Source of the DNA: Sphingomonadales bacterium
Lineage (GTDB): Bacteria > Pseudomonadota > Alphaproteobacteria > Sphingomonadales > Sphingomonadaceae
DNA length: 64,000 bases
Reading direction: 5' to 3'
Assembly (NCBI GenBank): GCA_038225475.1
Contig: JBBRRA010000004.1
Location: 168,710 to 232,709, forward strand
The notes below the pieces were generated by a model. It was not told the origin of the DNA. It searched no databases and saw only the letters and a program-made list of their open reading frames with translations. The translations under genes and the position numbers were made by a program. Every line of letters starts with the position of its first letter. Within the stretch, counting starts at the first letter, position 1. This document shows positions 38,685-49,341 of this stretch, one piece after another.

Positions 38685-39161
38685 ATGATGGTCCTAACGC
38701 CTGTCGATGCGATCGCGCATAATATCCAGCTGGCGGTCGCGCCGGTGTTCCTGCTGTCGGGCATCGGCGCGATTTTGAACGTGCTGACCGCGCGGCTGGG
38801 CCGGGTCGTCGACCGGGCGCGGCGACTGGAGGTCGAGGTTGCGGCGTTCGGCGACAGTGAACGCGAAGCGGCGCTCGATCTGCTGTGGACGCTCGACCGA
38901 CGCATGGTCCGCGTGCAGGGGGCGATTGCGCTGTGCACGACCTCGGCGCTGTTCGTCTGTATCCTGGTCGCCATCCTGTTCGTCGGTGACCTGTTTCCAT
39001 TCCGTGCCAGCGCCGTGGTGGCCACGCTGTTCGTCGGCGCGATGGTCCTGCTGTCGGGCGGTCTGGTCCTGTTTCTCGCCGAGGTGCGGATCGCTGCCTA
39101 TTCGGTCCGCGTGCAGAGCGACCTGCTTACAGCGCGCCGTGCCAAGCGGCGGCGGCGCTGA
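38685..39161 (+). CDS. DUF2721-like membrane protein
   Basis: IQLAVAPVFLLSGIGAILNVLTARLGRVVDRAR; three TM helices. Confidence 0.8.
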   Translation: MMVLTPVDAIAHNIQLAVAPVFLLSGIGAILNVLTARLGRVVDRARRLEVEVAAFGDSEREAALDLLWTLDRRMVRVQGAIALCTTSALFVCILVAILFVGDLFPFRASAVVATLFVGAMVLLSGGLVLFLAEVRIAAYSVRVQSDLLTARRAKRRRR

Positions 39162-39260
39162 CATGTGACGGTTTGACACCTCGTCCGGAACCGGCTTTAG
39201 CCAGAGGCTATGGTCGTGGCCCTCGGCGTCGTCGATGGGTGCGCGGTTGGGGGAAATAGA

Positions 39261-39983
39261 ATGAAAATTAAAATGATCGGCGTTGTTCTCGCCGCAGCGA
39301 TGGCGGCAGCAACGCCGGCAGTCGCGGTCACGATTACAAGAACGTCGCAGCTGTTCGCGTTTTCGCCCCCCGCGTTCAGCGCCTCGAGCGCCGTTCTGAA
39401 TGTCGACGGCGTCGCGGGCCTAGGCCTGACGCAGTCGGGCTGGTTCGATTCAAGCGGCTTGCATGTGTCGAGCAACAATAATTATCTCGTGGATAGCGTT
39501 CAGCATAATAACTACTTCGCCTTTGCGTCGGCGTTGAGCGTGGCGTCGACCGGGCTCGACGCTCGCGTCAGCACCGGCGCGAGTTTGGTGACGCTGACCA
39601 TCGCCAACCCGGCTGCGATCACCTTCGGCAGTGCCACGTCGATTACTTATACGCTGTACGATGTTTCGACGCTGTCGGCGACGTCACCGATCAGCGCGAC
39701 CGCTTACGCCGGCCGCACCGATGTTTTCGCCGATCTTGGCTCGGGCATCAGCTACGGCTCGACGACGCTTTACGCCGACACGCGGTCGGTGGTGGTGACG
39801 CTCAACCAGGCGGGCCTCGACGCGTATAACGCCGCGGTCAACGCCAATGGCGGCTTCATCGTCGGCGGAACGCTGACCCAGAATTTCGGTGCCGTGCCCG
39901 AACCCGCGACCTGGACGCTGCTGATCGTCGGCTTTGCCGTTACCGGCATCGCGGCGCGCCGCAAACAGGCGGCGTTCGTTTAA
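39261..39983 (+). CDS. PEP-CTERM (PEPxxW) protein
   Basis: Signal peptide MKIKMIGVVLAAAMAAATPAVA; VPEPATWTLLIVGF...RRK. Confidence 0.9.
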   Translation: MKIKMIGVVLAAAMAAATPAVAVTITRTSQLFAFSPPAFSASSAVLNVDGVAGLGLTQSGWFDSSGLHVSSNNNYLVDSVQHNNYFAFASALSVASTGLDARVSTGASLVTLTIANPAAITFGSATSITYTLYDVSTLSATSPISATAYAGRTDVFADLGSGISYGSTTLYADTRSVVVTLNQAGLDAYNAAVNANGGFIVGGTLTQNFGAVPEPATWTLLIVGFAVTGIAARRKQAAFV

Positions 39984-40149
39984 GGTCCAGATCGGTGCGC
40001 GTGCAACGCGAACGGCTTTCTGGCCAGCGGCGGGCGCGCCGATAGGTTGTCATTGTCGCAGGCACGCGCTTGCCGGCGAATGAGCCGCGATTTTGTCGCA
40101 ATCTGGTCATACCGGCTGCCAAAGACATAGCAGCGGGGGCGGCGGGCAC

Positions 40150-41891
<1,742 letters not shown>

Positions 41892-42401
41892 TTAAACCGC
41901 TTCGAACCCGCGCGCGATCGCCGCGACGCCGGTGCGGGCGACTTCGACCAGCCCGACTTCGCGCATCAGCGCGACGAAGCTGTCGACCTTTTCGGTCGAG
42001 CCGCTGATTTCGAACACGAAGCTTTTGGTCGTGGTGTCGACGACGCGGGCGCGGAACACATCGGCCAGCCGCAGCGCCTCGACGCGCTTGTCGCCGCTGC
42101 CCGCGACCTTGACCAGCGCCATCTCGCGCTCGACGTGCGGGCCCAATGCGGTCAGGTCGAGCACGCGGTGGACAGGCACCAGCCGGTCCAATTGCGCCAT
42201 GATCTGCTCGATGACCGCCGGCGGCCCCGAGGTGACGACGGTGATGCGGCTGACCGCGTGATCGTCGGACACGTCGGCCACCGTCAGGCTCTCGATATTA
42301 TACCCGCGCGCCGAGAACAGCCCGACGATGCGCGCCAGCACGCCCGCCTCGTTGTCGACGAGGATGGACAGGGTGTGGCGTTCGGCAGGGGCGGTTTTCA
42401 T
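41892..42401 (-). CDS. ilvN: acetolactate synthase small subunit
   Basis: ACT domain LVDNEAGVLARIVGLFSARGYNIESL; EREMALVKV. Confidence 0.96.
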   Translation of the reverse strand: MKTAPAERHTLSILVDNEAGVLARIVGLFSARGYNIESLTVADVSDDHAVSRITVVTSGPPAVIEQIMAQLDRLVPVHRVLDLTALGPHVEREMALVKVAGSGDKRVEALRLADVFRARVVDTTTKSFVFEISGSTEKVDSFVALMREVGLVEVARTGVAAIARGFEAV

Positions 42402-42589
42402 TGCGGTAGGTCGACTTTAACGGCGTGCGTTTGGATCGGCATGACCAAGGCTGCGCCGATCGCCAGAGCGCAAACTGCGCCGGCGATTGCCCACACATAG
42501 CGCTTGGCGCGCAAATCGGCGATCGCCCGCGACATGCTGAAAGCGAGTGCGATCAACAATGTCGGTCCGATGAATGCGAGTTCGCTCAC
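42398..42589 (-). CDS. small 2-TM hypothetical protein (63 aa) between ilvB and ilvN
   Basis: GTGA overlap with the ilvB stop and ATGA overlap with the ilvN start; two hydrophobic segments. Confidence 0.65.
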   Translation of the reverse strand: MSELAFIGPTLLIALAFSMSRAIADLRAKRYVWAIAGAVCALAIGAALVMPIQTHAVKVDLPQ

Positions 42590-44337
42590 ACTAGCGCCTG
42601 CGCATCTTCGTCCTTCGCCGCGCGCGCATCGCCCACTTCGAGCATCATCTCGTCATGCGCCGCCCCGCTCGCGATCATCGGAAACACGTTCGACAGCTTG
42701 GCGACGCGGCAGTCGACCATCACCGGGCCGTCATGCTCCAGCATCGCGGCGATGCCGGCGTCGAGCTGGTCCGCCGTCTCGATGCGGATGCCCTTCCAAC
42801 CGTACGCCTCCGCCAGCCGCACGAAGTCGGGCAGGCTGTCGCTATAGCTTTCGGAGTAGCGCGACCCGTGGTTCAGTTCCTGCCACTGGCGGACCATGCC
42901 CATATATTCGTTATTGATGATGAACACCTTGACCGGCAGCCGGTACTGCGTCGCGGTGCCGAGTTCCTGGATGTTCATCTGGATCGAGGCCTCGCCCGCG
43001 ATGTCGATGACCAGCGCCCCCGGGTTGCCGATCTGCGCGCCGATCGCGGCGGGGAGCCCATAGCCCATCGTGCCGAGGCCGCCGCTGGTCAGCCATTTGT
43101 TCGGAGCATCGAAGCCGAAGTGCTGCGCGGCCCACATCTGATGCTGGCCGACTTCGGTGGTGATGATCGGCGCGCGTCGGTGCGTTGCCGCCCATAGCTG
43201 CTTGATCGCATGCTGCGGCAGGATTTCGGAGCCGCGCTGCTCGAACCCGAACGAGTTGCGCGCCCGCCAGCCGTCGATCCGCGCCCACCAGCCCTTGAGG
43301 TCCGCCGCGCGGTGGCCGCGCGCGCGCCAGACCTTGAGCATGTCCTCGAGCACATGGCCGACGTCGCCGATAATGCCGAGATCGACACGCACCGTCTTAT
43401 TGATCGACGAGGCGTCGATATCGACATGGATCTTCTTCGATCCGGGCGAAAACGCATCGAGCCGCCCGGTCACCCGGTCGTCAAAGCGCGCGCCGAGGCA
43501 CAGCATCAAGTCGGCGCCGTGCATCGCCATATTGGCCTGATAGCTGCCGTGCATGCCGAGCATGCCGAGGAACTGCGGATGCGCGTCGGGCATGGTACCA
43601 AGCCCCATCAGCGTGCTCGTCACCGGCGCGCCGGTCACCCGCGCCAGCTCGCGCAGCAGCTGGCTTGCCGCTGGCCCCGCGTTGATGATGCCGCCGCCGG
43701 TGTACAGGATCGGGCGTTCGGCCGCCGCGAGCATCTCGACTGCGGCTTCGATCGCGGCGAGGTCGCCCTTGACCTGCGGCTTGTAGGTTTTGTGTTCGAT
43801 CCGGCCGGGCTTGGCGTAGCGCGCGCGGGCGACCTGCACGTCCTTGGGGATGTCGACGACCACCGGGCCGGGGCGGCCCGACGTGGCGATGTAGAACGCC
43901 TCGTGGAGCACATCGCCCAGCCGCGCGGTGTCCTTGACGAGGTAGTTATGCTTCGAACAGTGGCGCGTGATGCCGACCGTATCGCATTCCTGAAACGCGT
44001 CGGAGCCGATCAGGTGCGTCGGAACCTGGCCCGTCAGCACGACGATCGGGATCGAATCCATATGCGCGTCGGCGATGCCGGTGACCGCATTGGTCGCGCC
44101 GGGGCCGCTGGTGACGAGCACCACGCCGGGCTTGCCGGTACTGCGCGCATAGCCTTCGGCGGCGTGCACCGCGCCGGCTTCGTGGCGGACGAGGATGTGG
44201 CGGATCCGGCTTTGCTTGAACAGCGCGTCATAGATCGGCAGCACCGCGCCGCCTGGATAGCCGAACACGACCTCGACGCCGAGATCGCTCAGCGCCTGAA
44301 CGACGATATCGGCTCCGGTCATCTCGCGGCTGGTCAC
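42586..44337 (-). CDS. ilvB: acetolactate synthase large subunit
   Basis: VVFGYPGGAVLP, VRHEAGA, TSGPGATN, SGGLGTMGYG, GEASIQMN; GTG 44337 follows a GGAGAG RBS. Confidence 0.97.
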   Translation of the reverse strand: MTSREMTGADIVVQALSDLGVEVVFGYPGGAVLPIYDALFKQSRIRHILVRHEAGAVHAAEGYARSTGKPGVVLVTSGPGATNAVTGIADAHMDSIPIVVLTGQVPTHLIGSDAFQECDTVGITRHCSKHNYLVKDTARLGDVLHEAFYIATSGRPGPVVVDIPKDVQVARARYAKPGRIEHKTYKPQVKGDLAAIEAAVEMLAAAERPILYTGGGIINAGPAASQLLRELARVTGAPVTSTLMGLGTMPDAHPQFLGMLGMHGSYQANMAMHGADLMLCLGARFDDRVTGRLDAFSPGSKKIHVDIDASSINKTVRVDLGIIGDVGHVLEDMLKVWRARGHRAADLKGWWARIDGWRARNSFGFEQRGSEILPQHAIKQLWAATHRRAPIITTEVGQHQMWAAQHFGFDAPNKWLTSGGLGTMGYGLPAAIGAQIGNPGALVIDIAGEASIQMNIQELGTATQYRLPVKVFIINNEYMGMVRQWQELNHGSRYSESYSDSLPDFVRLAEAYGWKGIRIETADQLDAGIAAMLEHDGPVMVDCRVAKLSNVFPMIASGAAHDEMMLEVGDARAAKDEDAQALV

Positions 44338-44362
44338 ACAGGCTCTCCACTTGGCGAGGCGC

Positions 44363-44391
44363 TGACTACCGACCGAAAGTTGCGCTGTCAA
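44363..44391 (-). promoter_or_regulatory. sigma-70 promoter of ilvB
   Basis: TTGACA-N17-TAGTCA on the minus strand, 25 nt upstream of the start. Confidence 0.7.
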
Positions 44392-44417
44392 CGATCTTAT
44401 CGCAATAAAACTACTTT

Positions 44418-45308
44418 TTAGGTGTCGCCATCGCCGGGCTGAACGCGCTCCCACTCTGGCGTCTGGTTGCGGAACCACGTCTGCTGGCGCTTGGCATAGC
44501 GGCGGGTATCGGCGCACGCAGCGGCGACCGCGTCGGCCAGCGTCGATCGCCCGGTCAGCACCGCGATCAGCGGCGGCACGCCAAGCGCCTTCATCACCGG
44601 CAGCGCCGGGTCGAGCCCGCGCGCCAGCAGCCGCTCGACCTCCGCCAGCGCACCCGCTTCGAGCATTGCAGCGAACCGCGCCGCCACCCGCGCATGCAGT
44701 TCGGCGCGCGGCCGGTCGACGACGATGCCGCGCACCGCCATCGTCGCAGCGATGCCGCCCGTCGCCGCTGTCTGCCAGTGCGCCAGCGGTCGCCCCGTCG
44801 AACGCACCACCTCGAGCGCGCGCATCGTCCGCTGCCGGTCGGCCGGGGCCAGCCGCGCCGCGCCGCCGGGGTCCTCGCGCTGCAGCGCCGCATGCGCGTC
44901 ACCGGGATCCATCGCGCGCACCGCGATGCGCACCGCGGCGTCGATCGGCGGCACCTCGGCAATCCCGTCGAGCAGCGTGCGCAGGTACAACCCGCTGCCA
45001 CCGGTGACGATCGGCAACCGCCCGTCGGCCAGCGCGCTGTCGATCTCGGCGCGCGCTATCGCGGCCCAGCGCGCCGTATTGCACGCCTGCGCGCCGTCGA
45101 TGATGCCGTACAGCCGGTGCGGCACGGCCGTGCGTTCGGCCGCCGGCGGCTGCGCGCTCAGGATCGGCAGATCGGTGTAGAGCTGGCTGGCGTCGGCATT
45201 GATCACCGTGCCGCGCTCGCGCCGTGCGATCTCGAGCGCCAACGCCGACTTGCCCGCCGCGGTCGGCCCCGCGATAACGACGACCGTCGCTTGCTTCCCG
45301 GAAGGAAT
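44418..45308 (-). CDS. miaA: tRNA dimethylallyltransferase, probable non-canonical ATT start
   Basis: The P-loop VVIAGPTAAGKS lies upstream of the track's TTG start; VINADASQLY, TGGSGLY, TRRYAKRQQTWFRNQ. Start position uncertain. Confidence 0.9.
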   Translation of the reverse strand: MPSGKQATVVVIAGPTAAGKSALALEIARRERGTVINADASQLYTDLPILSAQPPAAERTAVPHRLYGIIDGAQACNTARWAAIARAEIDSALADGRLPIVTGGSGLYLRTLLDGIAEVPPIDAAVRIAVRAMDPGDAHAALQREDPGGAARLAPADRQRTMRALEVVRSTGRPLAHWQTAATGGIAATMAVRGIVVDRPRAELHARVAARFAAMLEAGALAEVERLLARGLDPALPVMKALGVPPLIAVLTGRSTLADAVAAACADTRRYAKRQQTWFRNQTPEWERVQPGDGDT

Positions 45309-45311
45309 AAG

Positions 45312-46181
45312 ATGCTCCTCGCCACGCTGATCGCTGCCGGCCGCTTGTCACAGGCCGATGTCGGCGTGGCAAGCGATGTGCTGCGCGGTGGCGGCGCCGC
45401 GCCGGGGCAGGGCGCGTGGCTCGATCGCGGCGACGCGTTCGATCTGCCGTTCACCGGCGATGTTCAGATGGCGCGAGCAGCGCTCGAGGCGGCATTGCCG
45501 GGGATCGACGTCATCGTCCAGCCCGCCGCCGCGCGCCGTCGCGCGTTGCTGATCGCCGATATGGATTCGACGATGATCCAATGCGAATGCATCGACGAGC
45601 TTGCCGATTACGCCGGGCTCAAGCCGGAAGTTGCCGCGATCACCGAAGCCGCCATGCGCGGCGACCTCGATTTTGTCGCGGCGCTCGATGCGCGCGTCGC
45701 GCTGCTTGCGGGCATGGATGCCGGGGTGCTCGACCGGTGCCGCCGCGAGCGCGTACGGCTGATGCCGGGGGCGGCGGTGTTGGTCGCGACGATGCGCGCG
45801 CACGGGGCCCGCACGATCATGGTATCGGGCGGCTTTACCGCGTTCGCCGGCCCGGTGGGGGCGGAGCTCGGCTTTGACCGCGTCGTCGCCAACACGCTGC
45901 TAGTCGCAGACGGGCGGCTGACGGGCAGCGTCGCGCGCCCGGTGGTCGACAGCGCTACCAAGCTTGCTGAACTGCGCGGCAGCGGGGTGCCGCCCGAAGC
46001 CGTGCTCGCGGTCGGGGACGGCGCGAACGACATCCCGATGCTGGTCGCTGCCGGGCTCGGCGTTGCCTATCATGCCAAACCGGCCACTATCGCCGCCGCC
46101 GCCGCCGCAGTGCGCCACGGCGACCTGACCGCGCTGTTGTGGGCGCAGGGGTGGCGACGGGCGGAATGGGCGCATCGTTGA
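45312..46181 (+). CDS. serB: phosphoserine phosphatase
   Basis: HAD motif DMDSTMI, VSGGF, AVGDGANDIPML; ATG 45312 follows AAGGAA. Confidence 0.95.
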   Translation: MLLATLIAAGRLSQADVGVASDVLRGGGAAPGQGAWLDRGDAFDLPFTGDVQMARAALEAALPGIDVIVQPAAARRRALLIADMDSTMIQCECIDELADYAGLKPEVAAITEAAMRGDLDFVAALDARVALLAGMDAGVLDRCRRERVRLMPGAAVLVATMRAHGARTIMVSGGFTAFAGPVGAELGFDRVVANTLLVADGRLTGSVARPVVDSATKLAELRGSGVPPEAVLAVGDGANDIPMLVAAGLGVAYHAKPATIAAAAAAVRHGDLTALLWAQGWRRAEWAHR

Positions 46182-46272
46182 CGGGCGGTCGAAATACGCT
46201 GCAGCAACGAAGCGACGATTGTCGCAGATCCACAAATAAGCTATAGATCGATCGACTAGCGAGGGGCTTCCC

Positions 46273-47229
46273 ATGCGCTCGATCTTCTGTCGCCGCACCA
46301 ATATTGTCTGGCTGACTGTCATAATGTTATTTTCGCTGTTCGCCGGCGTAACACCTGCGTCGGCGCAGCTAACCTGTGTCGATACCCCCGAGGGGCGAGT
46401 CTGCACGATCAGCCAGGCGATCACCAACGGCACGCCAGTGCCAACGCAAACGCAGCGTGATCTTGGCCTTGTCACCATCGGTGGCGGCTGTTCGGGAACG
46501 CTGATCAACCGCTATTGGGTTTTGACGGCCGACCATTGCACGACCTCGACCGGCACGATCGGCGGACCATCCCAGAACCCGTCGGCGATGAAGATCACGG
46601 CGGCATGGTCCACCGAGCAGGTGGTGCCGACGCGCTTTGTGCGGAACTGGAACGCCGGGGGCCTCGACATCGCGCTCATCTTTCTCGGGGCGGGCGATTT
46701 CGGCGCGGCAAATATCCAGTTGCTCGCTCAGGATCCGCGCGCCGTCGGCGATAGTTTGATCAAATATGGTCGCGGCATCTCGAGCTATGCACAGCCCGGC
46801 CCGCCGCCGGTCGCTGCGTTTGCCGATGGTCTGTACCGGAGCGCGATTTTCCAGATCACCGCGGTGAGTGCGACGACGTTGACATTGCCGGTCAACGCGC
46901 AAAATCAGGTCGGTAACGGCGGCGACAGCGGCGGTCCCGACATCCTGATCGGCCCGAATAACGTCAGCCTGGGAATCGCCAGCGTTCAATCGACTTGCGT
47001 GCGAACCGCGACGGTGCCGGGGCAACCGGTTACGTGGGCGTGGACGACGGCGATTTCGCAATGCAACAGCGCGCCGGTTGCCGATGCTCGCTTCGATATC
47101 CTCCAGATCATCGCCGAACGTCCGGCCGACCTGACGCCGATCTTATACGAGGAATCGGCTCCGGCGCTGCTGCCGCTGCCTTCCGACCATATCCGCAACG
47201 TCCCCCCGCGTGTTCCGATACCCCATTGA
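46273..47229 (+). CDS. secreted S1 (trypsin-like) serine protease
   Basis: Signal peptide; ITNG mature N-terminus; CSGTLI..LTADHC (His), LDIALI (Asp), GDSGGP (Ser). Confidence 0.9.
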   Translation: MRSIFCRRTNIVWLTVIMLFSLFAGVTPASAQLTCVDTPEGRVCTISQAITNGTPVPTQTQRDLGLVTIGGGCSGTLINRYWVLTADHCTTSTGTIGGPSQNPSAMKITAAWSTEQVVPTRFVRNWNAGGLDIALIFLGAGDFGAANIQLLAQDPRAVGDSLIKYGRGISSYAQPGPPPVAAFADGLYRSAIFQITAVSATTLTLPVNAQNQVGNGGDSGGPDILIGPNNVSLGIASVQSTCVRTATVPGQPVTWAWTTAISQCNSAPVADARFDILQIIAERPADLTPILYEESAPALLPLPSDHIRNVPPRVPIPH

Positions 47230-47258
47230 GGCCTGACACCCAATCAAGGAGAGCCAAA

Positions 47259-47570
47259 ATGCGCAAAGTCCTCTGTCTGGCGGCTGCCGTTGTGGCCGCT
47301 GTCGCTGCCGTTCCGGCGGCGGCGCTGACCACCGTGACCTCGGGTAAAATCATCGCCGTGTTCGGCGACCCCGGTGATTTTGTCGTCCAGCTCGATACCA
47401 ACGGCCGATGCGGCTCGAACTTCTTTCACAACCAGCGCGCCAATGCCAATTTCCGCGAGATGGTCGCGGTGTCGCTGACGGCATTCGCCACCGGCAAGAC
47501 GATGGGGTTCTTCGTTGAATCATGCGCCGGCGACCGCAACATCACCAGCCATGGCTTTGTGCAGCGGTAG
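47259..47570 (+). CDS. small secreted protein (103 aa), possible OB-fold B-subunit-like
   Basis: AAGGAGAG RBS; signal peptide MRKVLCLAAAVVAAVAAVPAAA; two Cys; MVAVSLTAFATGKTM helix motif. Confidence 0.8.
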   Translation: MRKVLCLAAAVVAAVAAVPAAALTTVTSGKIIAVFGDPGDFVVQLDTNGRCGSNFFHNQRANANFREMVAVSLTAFATGKTMGFFVESCAGDRNITSHGFVQR

Positions 47571-47603
47571 GAGTCGGCACCGATCTCTGCCGTAGAAAAT
47601 CGG

Positions 47604-47632
47604 TTGACAAGTACGAGCCATATTGGTACATA
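47604..47632 (+). promoter_or_regulatory. sigma-70-like promoter with no downstream sense gene
   Basis: TTGACA-N17-TACATA. Confidence 0.5.
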
Positions 47633-47781
47633 GGCCGATCGGTTATCACCGATCCCGCGAATTTACGACCACTGCCGCACGCGACAACAGATGCAGGTGA
47701 TCGCGAAGATCATCACCTTCGGTAGGGTGGAACGATTGAAACACCGTGACACAGTTTTTGCTGACACGTGTCAGCGGCGAC

Positions 47782-49257
47782 TTACCCCGCCAGCGCCGTC
47801 AGCAAGCGCTCGTTGACCACCGCCGGGTTCGCTTTGCCGCCCATCGCGCGCATGGTCTGACCGACGAAGAAGCCGAGCAGCTTGTCTTTCCCGCCGCGGT
47901 AATCGGCCAGTTTATCGGGGTTGGCGGCGAGGATTTCGGCGATGGCGGCGTCGATTGCGTGCGTGTCGCTAACCTGAAGTAAACCACGCTCGTCGACTAT
48001 TGTTGTCGGGTCGTCGCCCGTTTCGAGCATTATCTCGGAGACCTGCTTAGCAATGGTATTGGATATCTTCCCTGATGCTACAAGGCCTAGCAGTTCAGCA
48101 GCCTGGCGAGGAGTAACTGGGCTATCTTCTATCCCCACTCCGCGCTTCTTCAAGACGCCAAACAGCTCAGACATTATCCAGTTCGACGCTGCTTTGGCGA
48201 ACGCAGGGCCCATGCCGTCGACCACCGCTTCGAAGTATTTTGCTGTCTCGTGCTCGGCCGTAAGTAGAGCTGCGTTATAAGCGGATAGCCCCAGCGCGCT
48301 CTCGAACCGGGCGCGCTTGGCGTCGGGCAGTTCGGGCAGGCTGGCGTGGCAGTCGGCGATGAACGCCTCCGACAGCTCGACCGGCAGCAGGTCGGGGTCG
48401 GGGAAATAGCGATAGTCATGCGCGTCTTCCTTGCTGCGCATCGAGCGGGTCTCGCCGCGATCGGGGTCGAACAGCCGGGTTTCCTGGACGATCGTACCGC
48501 CGTTTTCGAGCACATCGACCTGGCGGCGCGCTTCATATTCGATCGCTGCCATGACATAGCGGACCGAGTTGACGTTCTTGGTTTCGGTGCGCGTGCCGAA
48601 CGGCGCGCCCGCCTTGCGGACGCTGACGTTGACATCGGCGCGCATCGAGCCTTCCTCCATGTTGCCGTCGCAGCTGCCGACATAGCGCAGCAGGCTGCGC
48701 AGCTTGCGGACATACGCCCCGGCCTCCGCGGGCGACCGCATGTCGGGCTTCGACACGATCTCCATCAGCGCACAGCCCGAGCGGTTGAGGTCGACGAACG
48801 TCATCGTCGCATGACCGTCGTGAACCGACTTGCCGGCGTCCTGCTCGAGGTGGATGCGCTCGATGCCGATCGACTTCGGCGCCGCGCCCTCCGGCTCGAC
48901 GGTGAGCGCCCCCTCGCCGACAATCGGATGGTACAGCTGCGTGATCTGATAGCCCTGCGGCAGGTCGGCGTAGAAATAGTTTTTGCGGTCGAACCGCGAG
49001 AAGCGGTGGATCTCCGCGCCCAGCGCCAGGCCGGTGCGCACCGCCTGCCGGACGCATTCGCCGTTGAGCACCGGCAGCATGCCGGGCATTGCAGCATCGA
49101 CAAGGCTGACCTGCGTGTTCGGCTCGGCTCCAAAGCTTGCAGCCGCTCCGGAGAACAGCTTGGAGGCAGCCGTGACCTGCGCATGCACCTCGAGCCCGAC
49201 AACGATCTCCCAGTCGCCGGTGGTGCCTGTGACGGTATATGCGGGTGCTTCGTTCAT
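47782..49257 (-). CDS. gatB: Asp/Glu-tRNA amidotransferase subunit B
   Basis: [60 protein letters not shown]. Confidence 0.97.
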   Translation of the reverse strand: MNEAPAYTVTGTTGDWEIVVGLEVHAQVTAASKLFSGAAASFGAEPNTQVSLVDAAMPGMLPVLNGECVRQAVRTGLALGAEIHRFSRFDRKNYFYADLPQGYQITQLYHPIVGEGALTVEPEGAAPKSIGIERIHLEQDAGKSVHDGHATMTFVDLNRSGCALMEIVSKPDMRSPAEAGAYVRKLRSLLRYVGSCDGNMEEGSMRADVNVSVRKAGAPFGTRTETKNVNSVRYVMAAIEYEARRQVDVLENGGTIVQETRLFDPDRGETRSMRSKEDAHDYRYFPDPDLLPVELSEAFIADCHASLPELPDAKRARFESALGLSAYNAALLTAEHETAKYFEAVVDGMGPAFAKAASNWIMSELFGVLKKRGVGIEDSPVTPRQAAELLGLVASGKISNTIAKQVSEIMLETGDDPTTIVDERGLLQVSDTHAIDAAIAEILAANPDKLADYRGGKDKLLGFFVGQTMRAMGGKANPAVVNERLLTALAG

Positions 49258-49341
49258 GCGCGTCTTTTGCGTCGAAGCGGTAGCGGGTGCAAGCCAATAG
49301 GATTTACGCCGTTGCTTCGGGCGGTTACAGCTTGGCCCTCG

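Noticed and set aside
48053-48280. 75-aa plus-strand ORF as the cause of the gatB codon anomaly
   Set aside because: It is the exact antisense register of gatB, has no clear RBS and no protein-like motif, and covers only part of the patch. Not excluded, but unsupported.
48346-49341. N-terminal extension making the acyltransferase a 703-aa fusion
   Set aside because: The extension lies entirely antisense to gatB; the acyltransferase-like sequence begins at ATG 49342.
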